Below the pieces are notes generated by a model that did not search any database, was not told the origin of the DNA, and saw nothing but the letters and a program-made list of their open reading frames with translations. The position numbers and the translations under genes are program-made. Below are positions 52,440-64,000 of a stretch of 64,000 nt of DNA, in pieces; position 1 is the stretch's first letter; each line of letters begins with the position of its first letter. The stretch is taken from the NCBI GenBank assembly GCA_963796455.1, contig CAWCLO010000001.1, forward strand, positions 832,001-896,000, in the 5' to 3' direction. Source of the DNA: Candidatus Sulfomarinibacteraceae bacterium. Lineage in GTDB: Bacteria; Acidobacteriota; Thermoanaerobaculia; Thermoanaerobaculales; Sulfomarinibacteraceae.

Positions 52440-53895
52440 ATGAGCGTCGGCGCCATCGACCTCGGGATTCTCGCGATCTATCTCGCGGGTGTCGTTGCGC
52501 TCGGTCTGTGGATCGGCCGCAAGGCCGGCACCGTGTCCGACTACGTGGTTGGCGGACGCGACCGACCGTGGTGGTTGATCCTTTTCTCGATCGTCGCCAC
52601 CGAAACCAGCACCGTCACCTTTCTCAGCATCCCCGGTTTTGCCTACTCGAGGGACATGACCTGGCTGCAGATTCCGCTCGGTTTTCTGCTGGGGCGATTC
52701 GTGGTCGTCTTCCTGCTGCTGCCGCAGTACTTCACGGGGTCGTTCTTCACGGCCTACGACGTGCTCCACAAACGCTTCGGCGGCGCGACCCAGAGGGCGG
52801 CGTCGGCGATGTTCATCATCACCCGCAGCCTGGCCGACGGCCTGCGCCTCTTTCTCTCGGCGATCGTGCTCCAGGAGATGACCGGGATCCCCCTCCACTG
52901 GGCGGTGATCGTCATGGGCGTCGCCACGATCGTCTACACCTTCTTCGGCGGCATCCGGGCGGTCCTGGTGACCGACCTGGTGCAGTTCGTGATCTACATC
53001 GGCGGCGCCATCGCCGCCCTGGCCCTGATCGTTCACCGGCTCCCCGGCGGCTGGGACCAGCTGCTCGCCGTCGGTGAAGCGGCCGGCAAGCTGCGGGTCT
53101 TCGACCTGACGTTCGACTGGAGCCAGCCCTACTGCCTCTGGGCCGGTCTGATCGGCGGGCTCTTCATCACCCTCGGCTCGCACGGGGTCGACCAGATGAT
53201 GGTGCAGCGCTACCTCTGCGCCCGAAACCTCAAGGACGCCCAGCGAGCGCTGTGGGTGGGCGGCTTCGTGGTGGTGGCCCAGTTCGCGCTCTTCCTCCTG
53301 ATCGGTGTCGGGCTCTTCGCCTTCTACCAGACCTTCCCGCCGGACGCGGCTGTTCGAGCGCCGCGATCGCGTCTTCGCGCGGTTCATCCTCGACGAGATC
53401 CCGGTCGGGCGTGCTGGGCATTCTGTTGGGCGCGATTTTTGCCGCCGCCATGTCCACGCTCTCGAGCTCGCTCAACTCCTGCGCCACCGCCGCCGCCAAC
53501 GATTTCTTGTTCACCGGCAAGGCGAAGAAGGCGACGGCCGAAAAACAGCTCCGGGTGGTTCGCATCCTCACCGTGGTCTTCGGTTGCATCCAGATCGCCG
53601 TCGGCATCGCGGGCCAGTGGGTGAAGGCATCGGTCGTCAGCAGCGTGCTGGGGATCGCCGCTTTCACCACCGGGATCGTGCTCGGGGTGTTCTTCCTCGG
53701 GATCTTCGCGAAACGGGTCGGGCAGCGGGCGGCGTTGGCCGGGTTGGTGATCGGGCCTCGCTGCATGAGCACCATCTTCTTTCGCCACCGACCTCGCCTG
53801 GCCCTGGTTCGCCCTGGTCGGTTCGGCCTCACCTTTGCCGCCGGGCTCGGCGCGAGCTTCATCTGGCCGCGCACCGAGGCGAACCGGCCCGATAA
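52440..53895 (+). CDS. Sodium:solute symporter; frameshifts in the 3' part, end approximate
   Basis: SIVATETS, YTFFGGIRAV..TD, DQMMVQRYL, AAAMSTLSSSLNS (in a second frame). Confidence 0.82.
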
Positions 53896-53908
53896 GGGGG
53901 CCCCCGTC

Positions 53909-55288
53909 GTGAAATCGCAGATCTTTCCCGTTGCTTCTGCTGCTGCCCTCTCTGACGCCGCGGCCGCGCCGGCTGCCGAGACCGCGTACGAAACGTCGCC
54001 CCGGGCTGCGACACTCGTTCATGAAAGGGGCGAAGTCGCCACCGGGAAGATTTACCGCATCCTGCTCGGTGACCTTCGAAAGCCAGTCCGAAGCCGATGG
54101 CGTCCTTGACGGATCTCGGGAAAGGGCTTCGCGGCCGTGCTCCACGCCGACGGCACCAGCTACCGGGTCGTACAGTCCGAAGGGCTCCCGACCCGGGAGG
54201 AAGCGGAGGATCTGAGGGCGGCGGCTCTCCGAGCCGGCTATTCGGTACCGCGCTGAGATCGAAACGGTCGGGCAGGATCTCACCAACCCCAAGGGGCCTT
54301 GGAGAATCCACGTGCTCGAGGCGGATCCGCAAAAATCCGGGTCGAAGTCGTGCACGCCTATGACGCCGCCATCGGGCTCGAGACCACCGCCGATCTGGCT
54401 GCACGGCACGACGCACTGGCGGCCATCAACGGCGGGTACTTTCGGATGACGGGGCTGCTCGCCGGCGACAGCCAGGGCACTCTCGGATCGACGGCAAACT
54501 GCTCTCCGAACCCGACCGGGGACGCGCGACGGTCGGCTTCTTCTCTGCGGATGGCGCCACACGATCGGTTTTCGGCCGGCTCTCCTTTCGCGGCGAGGTC
54601 CGGTTCGGTGACGGGAAAGACTCTGCCACTCGACGGGATCAACCGGTCGCGAAAGCGTCCGAAATCGTTCTTTTCACACCGGAGTTCCACCGCACAACCC
54701 TGACCTCTCCAGGGGGAGTCGAGATGATCGTGGAGAATGGGCGAATCACCGAGGTCCGGGACGGGGGCGGAAGCTCGGTGATACCCCCCGACGGCATGGT
54801 GCTGTCCATCGGCAGCGACCGAATTGAGCAGATCCGGCCGCAGGTGCGGCCTGGCGCGTCGGTGGCGGTCGACACGAAGCTCATCTCGTTGCTGCCCGAC
54901 CCCGAGGGCGAGTGGGAACGGGCCGAGGGCATCGTCAGCGCCGGGCCCCTGCTGCTGTGGAACGGAAAGCGGATCGAAGAACCGGAAAAGGAGTCGATCT
55001 CCAAGGTCTTCTGCCTCGCCCGGCATCCCCGCACCGCCGCGAGGGGTGCCGAGCTGACGGAACTCTGCTCTTTGTCACGGTGGATGGACGCCAGCCGCGA
55101 GACGAGTATCGGCATGTCGATCCCGGAGCTGACCGATCTCATGCTCGAGCTCGGGTGCGTCTCGGCCATGAACCTCGACGGCGGCGGCTCGACGACCATG
55201 GTGGTCAACGGGCAGATCGTGAACACCCGTCGGGCGTCACCGGCGCCGAAGCAATGCGGACGCGATTCTGCTGTTCCCGGCGTTATAA
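53909..55288 (+). CDS. Phosphodiester glycosidase (NAGPA-like) family protein; multiple frameshifts
   Basis: AAINGGYF, AGPLLL, RHPRTA, VTVDGRQ, AMNLDGGGSTTM spread over several frames. Confidence 0.75.
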
Positions 55289-55350
55289 GGCGGGGCAGGC
55301 CACACCACCTACACGATTTTTTGTAGGGGAGGCGCCTGTGCCGCCCTACA
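55289..55350. repeat. GTAG-type REP-like inverted doublet between convergent genes; possible bidirectional terminator
   Basis: ggcgg...cctaca / tgtagg...ccgcc arms around a T-rich loop. Confidence 0.5.
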
Positions 55351-56387
55351 CCACCGCAGGCTCGAGCAGCTTGATCGTTCCTTCGTCGGCATCGATCTCG
55401 GCCTGGATGCCGAGCGGAACGGTGAAATTGTCCGCGATGTGGCCGATCATCGAGCCGTACCAGGCCGGGATGCCGAGCGGCCCGATATGGTCTTCCAGAA
55501 CCTCCAGGAGCGTCAAGGAACCGTACCTCTGCCGGGATCGCAGTTCGTGCAGCGACCGAAGACGAAGACCGGCCACATTTCCCAATACCCCGGCCAGTCC
55601 GAGCTGGGTGAGCATGCGGTCCACCCGGTAGATCTCCTCGCTCACGTCCTCGACAAAGAGGATCGGCCCTCGAAATCCGGCAGGTAGTCGGAACCCATCA
55701 TGGCGGTGAGCACCGTGAGATTGCCCCCCAACAAGCGGCCGCGCGCCTTCCCGCTGGTGATAGTGAGGACCCTGTTCTCCACCTGGACCAGGCGGTCGGC
55801 GGTACCCACCTTGTTCCGCATGGTGATGGCTTCCCCGTCGAAGAGCAACGCGCTTGGCATAGTCGGTGGTGAACTCATTCCAACTCGAGCCCCCGTCGGA
55901 CCGTGAAATGTCACCAGGCCGGTTTTCGCGTGGATCCCCAGCAACAATCCCGTGATATCACTCATACCCATGACGATCTTGGGGTTCTTCCGGATCAAAT
56001 CGTAGTCGAGATACGGCAGGAGCCGGTTGCAGCCCCAACCCCCCCCTGGCGCCAGAACGAGCTTCACCTCGGGATCCGCAAAGAAGGCGTTGATATCGGC
56101 GGCGCGGTCCTCATCCCGTCCGGCAAGATAGCCGTAACGATCCAACAGGTGATCACCGAAGCGGACCCGAAGCCCGAGGGCGGCCAGGTTCTCGCGGGCG
56201 ATCTCCGCCCGGTCGGGGAAAAAGGTGGCGCTGGCCGGGTTGATCAACCCGACGAGGTCGCCCTCCTTGAGACCTTCGGTTTGATCACCTTCTGTTCGCG
56301 GGTCGCCGAACCGGCGAGTGAAGGCAATGTTCCCGCCGCGATCGCGGCTCCTCCGAGCTGCAGCAAGTGGCGTCGGGTCCAGGTCAT
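55346..56387 (-). CDS. LD-carboxypeptidase (S66) with Tat signal; frameshifted
   Basis: MTWTRRHLL Tat motif; GYLAGRDEDRA, GMSDIT, FHGP, GGNL, IGH. Confidence 0.82.
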
Positions 56388-56418
56388 CGATGAGCCTCCT
56401 CGTATCGTGTTCAACCGG

Positions 56419-59400
56419 TCAGTACAACAGTATGGTGCTCGCGTCACGGCGCCACGCTTCGTGGGCTGCCGCGTCCGGCCGCGAGGATCTCCTCGACGGT
56501 CATGACCTTGCCGGAGATCGTCGAGCAGTCTGGGGGTGCCGACGAGCCGCGTCAACGCAGCCCCTTCATTCCTCCACTCGAATTCCTCGTGGCCCTGAAG
56601 AGCCACGAGCAACTCCACCCCGAGCCGGTAGCTGTGGGCCCTGCCGGATCGGTGACCCGAACCCGCATGCCGCGGCATTCTCGTCGAGGAACTTGGGGTT
56701 CGGTGCGGCCGGGGAGGTGACGGAGTGAATGTGACCGCTTCGAGTTCGAAGCCGGCCACCTCAACATCGAGGTCCTTCGGATCGAATCCAGGGGGCACCG
56801 AAATAGAGAAACGGGATCGTCAGTTCCGCGGCCCGCGGAGACCGTTGTGGCCTCCAACAGCGCGACCCCCGGATAGGCGATGGCGGCGTCTGGGCTGCGG
56901 AGATTTGGAGACGGCGGAACCCAGGTGCGGAGGGTGTCCTTCCAGGTCATGCTCCGTTCCCAGCCCTTCATCGATGACCACCTTCAGCGGCGCCGGTTTT
57001 TGCAGACCCTGATTGACGAACGGGCCATCTCGCCCAGGGTCAGTCCGTGCACCAGCGGCCCCGGGGCCAGGTTGACGAAGCTCGCCGGAACTACATCGCG
57101 AGGCGCGCTGACAGGGCCCTTCGATGCGATCTCCACCGAGAGGGTTTGGGCGATCGAGCACCACGAACTCCAAGCCTGCCTCGGCGGCCGCTTCGATCGC
57201 GAGAATCATGGTGCTCACGTAGGTGTAGAACCGCACTCCGGCACCCTGGAGATCGAAGACCAGGGCATCGAGACCCTCGAGGTCCTCCGGCGTAGGCTTT
57301 CGGTGGTCGCCATAGAGGCTGATCACCGGCAACCCGCTCTCCGGGTCCATGCCGCTGGCAACTTTTTCACCCGCCGCCGCCCGGCTTCGCAGACCGTGTT
57401 CCGGGGTCAGCAGACCGCACCACATCGAGGTCGGCTTCGCGCAGCGCATCGATGGCGTGGCGGCCGTCGGCCGCCACCGATGCGGCGTGGACGATCAGAC
57501 CGAGGCGTTTGCCACCAAGCCCGTGGTCCTCGCCGGCGGCCACGCGATCGAGACCCATCCGGACGACTCCATCATCGTACGAGGGCCGGACCACAGCATC
57601 CGCGACCGCCGGCCTGGCCTTGCGGATGAGCTGGTTCTCCCGCGTCGGGTGCACCCGGTTGGTCAGCAGAATGAGAAAGAGCTCACGATCCGGGTCGATC
57701 CAGATGGAGGTGCCGGTGAATCCGGTGTGGCCGAAGGAACGGGGCGAAAAGAACGAACCGGCCGAGACTTTTCTGCGGCGATTTGGTGTCCCAACCCAGG
57801 GCCCGCATCGAGTCGTCTTCGCCGGCCCGGCGGGTGAAGAGCTCCACCGTTTCTCTGGAGACGATGCGATGGTGTTCGAGCACGCCGCCGTTGACCAGCA
57901 TCTGGGCAAAAACGTGCAAGATCGCCGGCAGTTGAAAAGAGCCCGGCGTGGGGTGCGATCCCACCGAGGGCAAAGGCGTTCTCGTCGTGGACCTCACCGC
58001 GGACCAGCCGGCCCCGCCAGTCGTCGAACTCGGTGGGGGCGATTCGCGGCAGGAGATCCTCTGCCCGGGACGATAGTGCGTGTTGGTCATGGTCCAGGGG
58101 CTCGAAAACCCTCTGCGCACGAACTGTCCAGCGGCTGTCCGGCGACCCGGGAGAGGATTTCGCCGAGCAGGATGATGCCGAGGTCGCTGTACTTGTAGTC
58201 GGTCCCCGGCTCGTAGACCAGCTCCATGGCCTGGATGCGCTCGCAGGTACTCCTCAGGGCCCTCGGTGTCTTCATACAGCGGCGCCCACCAGTCGATACC
58301 GGAACGGTGGGTGAGCAGATGGCGGACCGTGATCCGATCCTTGCCCGGGCCCTGGAAGAGCGGCAGGAAGTCCTGCACCTTCTCGTCGAGATCGAGGCGC
58401 CCTTCGTCGACCAGGATCATCGCCATGGTGGTCGTGGCGACAACCTTGGTCAGACTGGCCAGGTCGTAGATCGTGTCTGCCTCGACCGCCGGCGCATCGT
58501 CGTCGTAGGAGAGCCGCCCGAAGGGTTGGAGGTGCACCAGATTTTCCACGGTGCCCGACGGCCACGACGCCGCCGGGGAAGGCGCCCTGCTCGACGAACT
58601 CGTCGAGCACGCGGTCCAACTGCCTCCATACCCTCCGGCACGAAAACCGGCATCCTCAGGTTCGGCGATCTGCAGGGTCATGGCGCGCCGCGGGATCTCG
58701 AGGCCACCGCCGACGACAGCGTATTCCTCCGAGAGAGTCACCGGCAGTTTGCCCACGACATCGATCTCGCCGAAGAGCGCTGCGGCCGCGGCGCTGCGGC
58801 TCGGACTCGAGGCCCCGAAGGCGCAGAGGTAGGCGGACACCTCGGGCAGGTCGCGGAAGCAGATAGGGATCGCCGAAAGAGGCCACGATAACCGGTACGT
58901 CGGTTTCCCCAAGCCGCTCCAGGAGCCGAACCAGGCTGTCGGAGATTCTCTCTCGATAGTAAGAGGTCGAGACCAGGACATGGGTGAAATCTCCGCGTCT
59001 TCGAGAATCTCGTCGCGCTGTCTCTTCTGGTCGACTTCGTCGTCCCAGGGAGATCGGTCTCGACCGTCGATCCGCCGGGTTCTGAATTCAGCCGCCGGAA
59101 AACCGATTCCATCCGGCATCGCGAGATGCAGAATCCGGACGGGTTCTTCGGCCGCAAGCGGCAGCACGCCGCCGTCGTTGCTGACAACGGTGATCGAGGC
59201 CTTCGCGATAGCCGACGCCCGGGCCACATCCTCCGGCCGGGCAACGGCCAGGGCCCCGGCCGCTGGGTCGACCAAACGGTTTTCGTGCAGCCCCAAGCCG
59301 GCTTTGGCCTCCAGGATCCGCCGTACCGAACGATCGATGCGCTGCCATCGAGAAGTGCCCTCCTCGACACCGCGGATGAGCGATTGCAGGGCCACCCTTT

Positions 59401-60432
59401 GGTCCGGAGGCATCAGAATCACATCAGCGCCCGCAAGAACGGCATCCACGGTGGCCTCTCCGATCCACGCGGATCCGACGCCCTCCATATCCATCGCGTC
59501 GGTCACGATCAGACCCTCAAAACCCATTTCGTCGCGGAGGATTTCAAAATTGAGGGATGGAGACAGGGTTGCGGGTCGGCCCGAGGGATCGAGGGCCGGC
59601 ACCGCCACGTGACCCACCATGATCGAGTCCACGCCCGCCGCGATGGCGTCTTCAGAACGGCGGCCACTCCACCGTCTCCAGGTGTTCGCGATCGACGTTG
59701 ATGACCGGAAGATCCAGGTGGCTGTCAACGGCAGTGTCGCCGTGCCCGGGAAAATGTTTGGCCGTTGTCAGCATGCCACCACTGTGGGCGCCATGGATGA
59801 ACGCCGCTCCCGAGACGGCCGACCAGCTCCGGATCTTCGCCGAATGACCGAATGTTGATCACCGGGTTGTCCGGGTTGTTGTTGACATCGACAACCGGAG
59901 CGAAGGCCCAGTGGATCCCGAGAGCCCGCCCCTCGCGCGCCGTCAGCTCGCCGAGGAATCGGGCCGCATCCTCGGAGCCCGTCGCACCAACCGCCATCGC
60001 CCAGGGGAAATCGACGGTTCCCCTGCGGATACGGAATGCCAGGCTGCGCTCCAGGTCCATGGCCACCAGCAACGGGATCCGGGCCTCGCTTTGGAGCCCG
60101 TTGAGCAGGCCGGTGATGGTCCCTTCCTCCGACCGCAGCAGGACCAGGCCCCCGACACCCTTGTCCCGAACTGCCTCGACCAGATCCCGAGCGCCTCCAG
60201 ACTGCGGGTTCCGAGGGTAGCCGGTGGCCGCAACCATGATCATCTGGGCCGCCTTCTCCTCCAGGCTCATCTGCTGCAACGTGGTGCTCACCCACTTTTT
60301 TTGCGACTTCGACAGCTCCGACCCGTGGGCAAGCTGCCATTGGCCCGAGGCGCAGGAGAGGATGGCCACAAGAACCGGCACCACGAACCGCCTCTCGAGA
60401 AAGGACCGGATTGAGTACGAATGACGGATCAT
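56419..60432 (-). CDS. Multidomain GH3 N-acetylglucosaminidase (NagZ) + serine hydrolase (AmiE-like) + DUF1343/NamZ protein; multiple frameshifts
   Basis: [68 protein letters not shown], ends ILLY*. Confidence 0.75.
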
Positions 60433-62090
60433 CGTGATTCACCCCTGACATCGACGCCGTTGATGAAGACTCCAACGAGGCGGGCGTTCTCGATCTCGAC
60501 TCGACCGTCGATCGCCGGAGAAAGGAGCAAAAAAGATGCTGGACTGGCGCGGCGCAACACCGGTCGGCCGGTTCCCGCACCGGAAACCCAGCAGAGCCGG
60601 TCAAGGATCATCGAGTCTTCGCCGGCCAATCCGTCCCTGGTGCCGGCCAGCGCCTCGACCACGTCCGGAAGGGAATCCGACCGCGGCGCGGAAGGAGGAC
60701 CGACCAACCGCAACCACGGCATCTCGCTCTCCTTCGATACGATTTCGACCCTGGCGCGGCCTGCAGCTGCGAAACCATCGGCCAGGGTCTGCGCGTCACC
60801 CGTCTTTCGCTGCGGAACCTTCCAGTAAACCGTACCGACGCCCAAGCGGGCGAGCTTCGAAAGCACTTCGGCGCTCAGCCATCGACGGGCCTTCCAACCC
60901 TCGACCCCGGCCGCAAAGGGAACCGTAACCACACTTCCACCGGCGTCCACGGTCCGGCCGGCTCCGAGCAATCGCGCATCGCCCACCTCGGCGATATAGC
61001 TTCGTGGGTCACGGCCGGTGCCGCATCCGGCAAGATCACGATCGTCCACATCGATGTTGAATGCCAGATCAGCACGATAGGACGGGGTGTTCCGCGGCTG
61101 TTGAATCGAGCCGCCGAGCACCACGACGTCGGCCCAGGCATCGCGACGATTGCGAAGGAGATTCTCATAAACCTCGGGGCCGTGGTCCTCGAGATCGTTT
61201 CGCACGAGTTCCTGCAGCACCGTCAGAATGGCGACGAAGTTGAGGCGGGTCAGATCCTGGAGATCCCTGCCAGGGGGGAGACCACCACTTTCGATGAGCA
61301 CCACCGGTGTGCCCCACGCGGTGATGTTGTCGCCGAAGGCGCGGGGATTCCAGTCCTCGTCGAAGCGAGCCACGCCGCCGGGCATGAAGGACGTCAGGGT
61401 CTCGACGATGGCCGAACAGGCACGCTTGGCGAGCAAGCGCCCGGGGGTGACAGTGCCTTCCGCATCACCCGACACGGCCAGCACCGAGTTGGTCGCCAGA
61501 ACACCGGTGTCCCCCACTGCCGTCCTCGGGTTCTGATCGTGCAGATTGAAACCGAGCATGGGCTCAAATTTGTCGCGGACCATTTTCAGGATGCGACCTT
61601 CCGGAGTCGAGAGATGAAGGGCATCCCGATTGATGTCGATGGCTTGCAGATTTCGGCGCTGATAGATCTCCGCCCCGTCAGGGTTGAGCATCGGGATCAT
61701 GACGAGGGTGAGGTCGTCGAGAATTGCAGCCGCCTGCGGTTCATCGGCACGGGAGAGCAGAAAATCGGCAATATCGAGCAGGGCGGGGGTGGCGGAGGGC
61801 TCGTCGCCGTGCATCTGCGACCAGAGCAGGACCGTCCGCGGTCCGTGACCGAAGGTGAACATGTGGATAGGACGACCCGCTATGGATTGTCCGATTTCTT
61901 CAAGTTTCATTTTTCCGAGATACCGGGCCGCGAGCCGCTGCAACTCGGCCGTCAACTCGGCGGGCCGCAGGCACGGTGCAGGGGTCTCCACAAAGCGCTC
62001 TTCGGGCCAAATCTGCCAGAGATGATCGGGCGTGATGAGGGGCTGGTTCGATTGCAGGGCGAGGGTGAGAAGCACGGTGAGAATGCGCAT
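60429..62090 (-). CDS. M14 family zinc carboxypeptidase/amidase, secreted
   Basis: MHGDEP (HxxE), NPDG, RRN..DINRD, NLHDQ; start is 62090 or 62099. Confidence 0.85.
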   Translation of the reverse strand: MRILTVLLTLALQSNQPLITPDHLWQIWPEERFVETPAPCLRPAELTAELQRLAARYLGKMKLEEIGQSIAGRPIHMFTFGHGPRTVLLWSQMHGDEPSATPALLDIADFLLSRADEPQAAAILDDLTLVMIPMLNPDGAEIYQRRNLQAIDINRDALHLSTPEGRILKMVRDKFEPMLGFNLHDQNPRTAVGDTGVLATNSVLAVSGDAEGTVTPGRLLAKRACSAIVETLTSFMPGGVARFDEDWNPRAFGDNITAWGTPVVLIESGGLPPGRDLQDLTRLNFVAILTVLQELVRNDLEDHGPEVYENLLRNRRDAWADVVVLGGSIQQPRNTPSYRADLAFNIDVDDRDLAGCGTGRDPRSYIAEVGDARLLGAGRTVDAGGSVVTVPFAAGVEGWKARRWLSAEVLSKLARLGVGTVYWKVPQRKTGDAQTLADGFAAAGRARVEIVSKESEMPWLRLVGPPSAPRSDSLPDVVEALAGTRDGLAGEDSMILDRLCWVSGAGTGRPVLRRASPASFLLLSPAIDGRVEIENARLVGVFINGVDVRGESR

Positions 62091-62123
62091 GAGAGTCATT
62101 GTAATCGGTCACGTCGTGAGGCA

Positions 62124-62207
62124 GAGTTTTGAGGTTTGAGGTTTGAGGTTTGAGTTGTCCTCCGCCCGCCCGGTCGGTTCGCGGATGTGTGCGGGAACTC
62201 ATAACTG
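62124..62207. repeat. Heptamer tract (GAGGTTT)n with a short complementary arm
   Basis: gagttttgaggtttgaggtttgaggtttgagtt ... aactcataact. Confidence 0.7.
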
Positions 62208-62264
62208 ATATCGCGTATACTCCCGTGCTTGAGGCCGTAATCAATCGGGGAAGGGACCCAAAAA

Positions 62265-63713
62265 ATGCGCTGGAAGCCCATTTTCGTCGTCGCTCTGCTA
62301 CTCGCGTTGAATCCGCTTTTTGCTGGAACCGATTTGACGCTGCAGGAAAATCCCGAAATCGCCGACGCCATCAACGTCTTTGATCGATGGGTCGAGCAGC
62401 ACATCAGCAACCGCAATGTGCCGGGACTCTCCATTGCGGTGGTCTACGACCAGGAGATCGTGTGGTCGAAGGGATACGGCTATCGCAATCTGGCGGAGAG
62501 GGACCCCGCGACACCATCCACCGTCTATCGGATCGGCTCGATCACCAAGCTCTTCACCTCCACCGCGATCATGCAACTTCGGGATGCGGGCAAGCTCCGG
62601 CTCGACGACCCGGTGTCGCTCCACCTGCCGTGGTTTGAGGTGCGCAACCCGTTTCCTGATGCGCCGGACATCACCATCCGCCAACTGCTCACACACACCT
62701 CCGGTCTGTCCCGGGAAGCCGACTTCCCCTACTGGACCGACCACGTTTTTCCGACCCGGAAAGAGCTGGCGGAATCGATTCCGGTGCAGGACGTCATCGA
62801 CCCTCCTGAGACCACCTACCACTACTCCAATCTCGGGATGTCTCTGCTCGGAGAGATCGTCACCGAGGTGTCCGGCCGACCTTGGACGGACTACGTTCAA
62901 GAAATGATTCTGAATCCTCTCGGAATGAAGAACTCGAGCACCGCTCCCGACCAGAATCTCCAGCGGCGCATGGCGGCGGCCTACATGCTGCAAGACGCCG
63001 ACGGCACCCGCAAGGTCATGGAGTACTACGACGCCGGCGCCATTGCTCCGGCAGGCGGCATCGTCTCCACGGTGGAGGACCTGGGACGTTTTGCTTCGCT
63101 GCAGTTTCGCGACGGTCCCTCGGGAGGCGAGCAAATCCTCAAAGGCAGCACCCTGCGTGAGATGCACCGGGTTCACTGGGTCTACGACAGTTTTTCCGGC
63201 GGCCGGGGTCTGGGTTTCGCCGTCACCCGCCGCGACGAAAAGACATTCGTGGGCCACGGCGGCTCCATTGGAGCGCACGTCACCAACCTCCTTACAGTGC
63301 CTGACGAGCAGATCGCCGTGATCGTCGCCATCAACGCCGACAACGGCAGCCCCTACACCGTCGCCCGGCAGGCCTACTCGATATTTTCGACGCCGATCCT
63401 GAATGCGACCAGAAAAACCGCGCCTCCGAAGCCGGAGGAGGACCCCGCATGGCAGCGCTACATAGGTCTCTATCAGGACCCGTGGGGGTGGGAGTACGAG
63501 GTCATGATCCTGGGCGGAGAGCTGGTCATCTACGGCTACGACTACCCGCCCTGGGACAACGCCTCCACCGGCTACAGTCGGCTCACACCGGTTGAAGGCA
63601 CGACCTTCCTTCGACCGAACAAGGAACTGGTGACCTTCGAGCTCGACGACAAGGGCGTCGTGGTTCGCATCAAGAGGAACAACAACTACCTCTTCCCGAA
63701 AGAGAACAACTGA
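62265..63713 (+). CDS. Serine hydrolase (beta-lactamase family), secreted
   Basis: Signal peptide; RIGSITK, LLTHTSG, YSN, GHGG. Confidence 0.9.
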   Translation: MRWKPIFVVALLLALNPLFAGTDLTLQENPEIADAINVFDRWVEQHISNRNVPGLSIAVVYDQEIVWSKGYGYRNLAERDPATPSTVYRIGSITKLFTSTAIMQLRDAGKLRLDDPVSLHLPWFEVRNPFPDAPDITIRQLLTHTSGLSREADFPYWTDHVFPTRKELAESIPVQDVIDPPETTYHYSNLGMSLLGEIVTEVSGRPWTDYVQEMILNPLGMKNSSTAPDQNLQRRMAAAYMLQDADGTRKVMEYYDAGAIAPAGGIVSTVEDLGRFASLQFRDGPSGGEQILKGSTLREMHRVHWVYDSFSGGRGLGFAVTRRDEKTFVGHGGSIGAHVTNLLTVPDEQIAVIVAINADNGSPYTVARQAYSIFSTPILNATRKTAPPKPEEDPAWQRYIGLYQDPWGWEYEVMILGGELVIYGYDYPPWDNASTGYSRLTPVEGTTFLRPNKELVTFELDDKGVVVRIKRNNNYLFPKENN

Positions 63714-63727
63714 GAACAAGGAACACG

Positions 63728-64000
63728 ATGAACCAACCTCTGGATGCCTTCACCTATCGCGCCGGCGTGCTCCACGCCGGCGACGTTCCCGTCAACGAGA
63801 TCGCCGACACGGTCGGTACCCCGACCTTTGTCTACTCCGCCGACGCGATCCGTTCGAACTACAACAGGATCGAACGGGCGTTTGCACCGGTCGGTGCCCA
63901 CCTCCACTACGCCGTCAAGGCCTCTTCCAATTTGCACATACTGCGGCTGCTCCACGAGCAGGGCGCCGGGATGGACGTGGTCTCGGGCGGCGAGTTGGAA
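63728..64000 (+). CDS. lysA: Diaminopimelate decarboxylase, N-terminal part (3' truncated)
   Basis: Own translation: MNQPLDAFTY...VGTPTFVYS...HYAVKASSN...GAGMDVVSGGELE. Confidence 0.9.
   Translation, partial: MNQPLDAFTYRAGVLHAGDVPVNEIADTVGTPTFVYSADAIRSNYNRIERAFAPVGAHLHYAVKASSNLHILRLLHEQGAGMDVVSGGELE

Overview
A GC-rich bacterial chromosomal window, tentatively Acidobacteriota-like; this is inferred from gene content and not tested. It is mostly housekeeping and catabolic genes: an archaeal-type gatE-gatD pair, dnaE, purH, a peptide ABC transporter, hemY, acs, methylmalonyl-CoA mutase mutA/mutB plus meaB, a large TPR-kinase-WD40-HEAT membrane protein, and a ~14 kb peptidoglycan-recycling cluster. 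That cluster includes an apparent NagZ-serine amidase-NamZ triple fusion and is followed by lysA. The most unusual signal is intergenic. A repeat element built around a small four-helix-bundle (IVS-protein/Avd-like) gene occurs five times: intact, internally deleted at a microhomology, empty, and as two half copies. It carries a ~135-nt double-stem hairpin over the gene's ribosome-binding site and complementary low-complexity arms. REP-like palindromes (one nested inside another), a ~125-bp direct-repeat family and inverted heptamer tracts are also present. At least ten genes have a TAnnnT box exactly 6 nt before the start codon, suggesting widespread leaderless translation. Many frameshifts, densest at 53.3-59.8 kb, are most likely assembly indel errors. 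I found no rRNA, tRNA, CRISPR array, transposase, integrase or reverse transcriptase.
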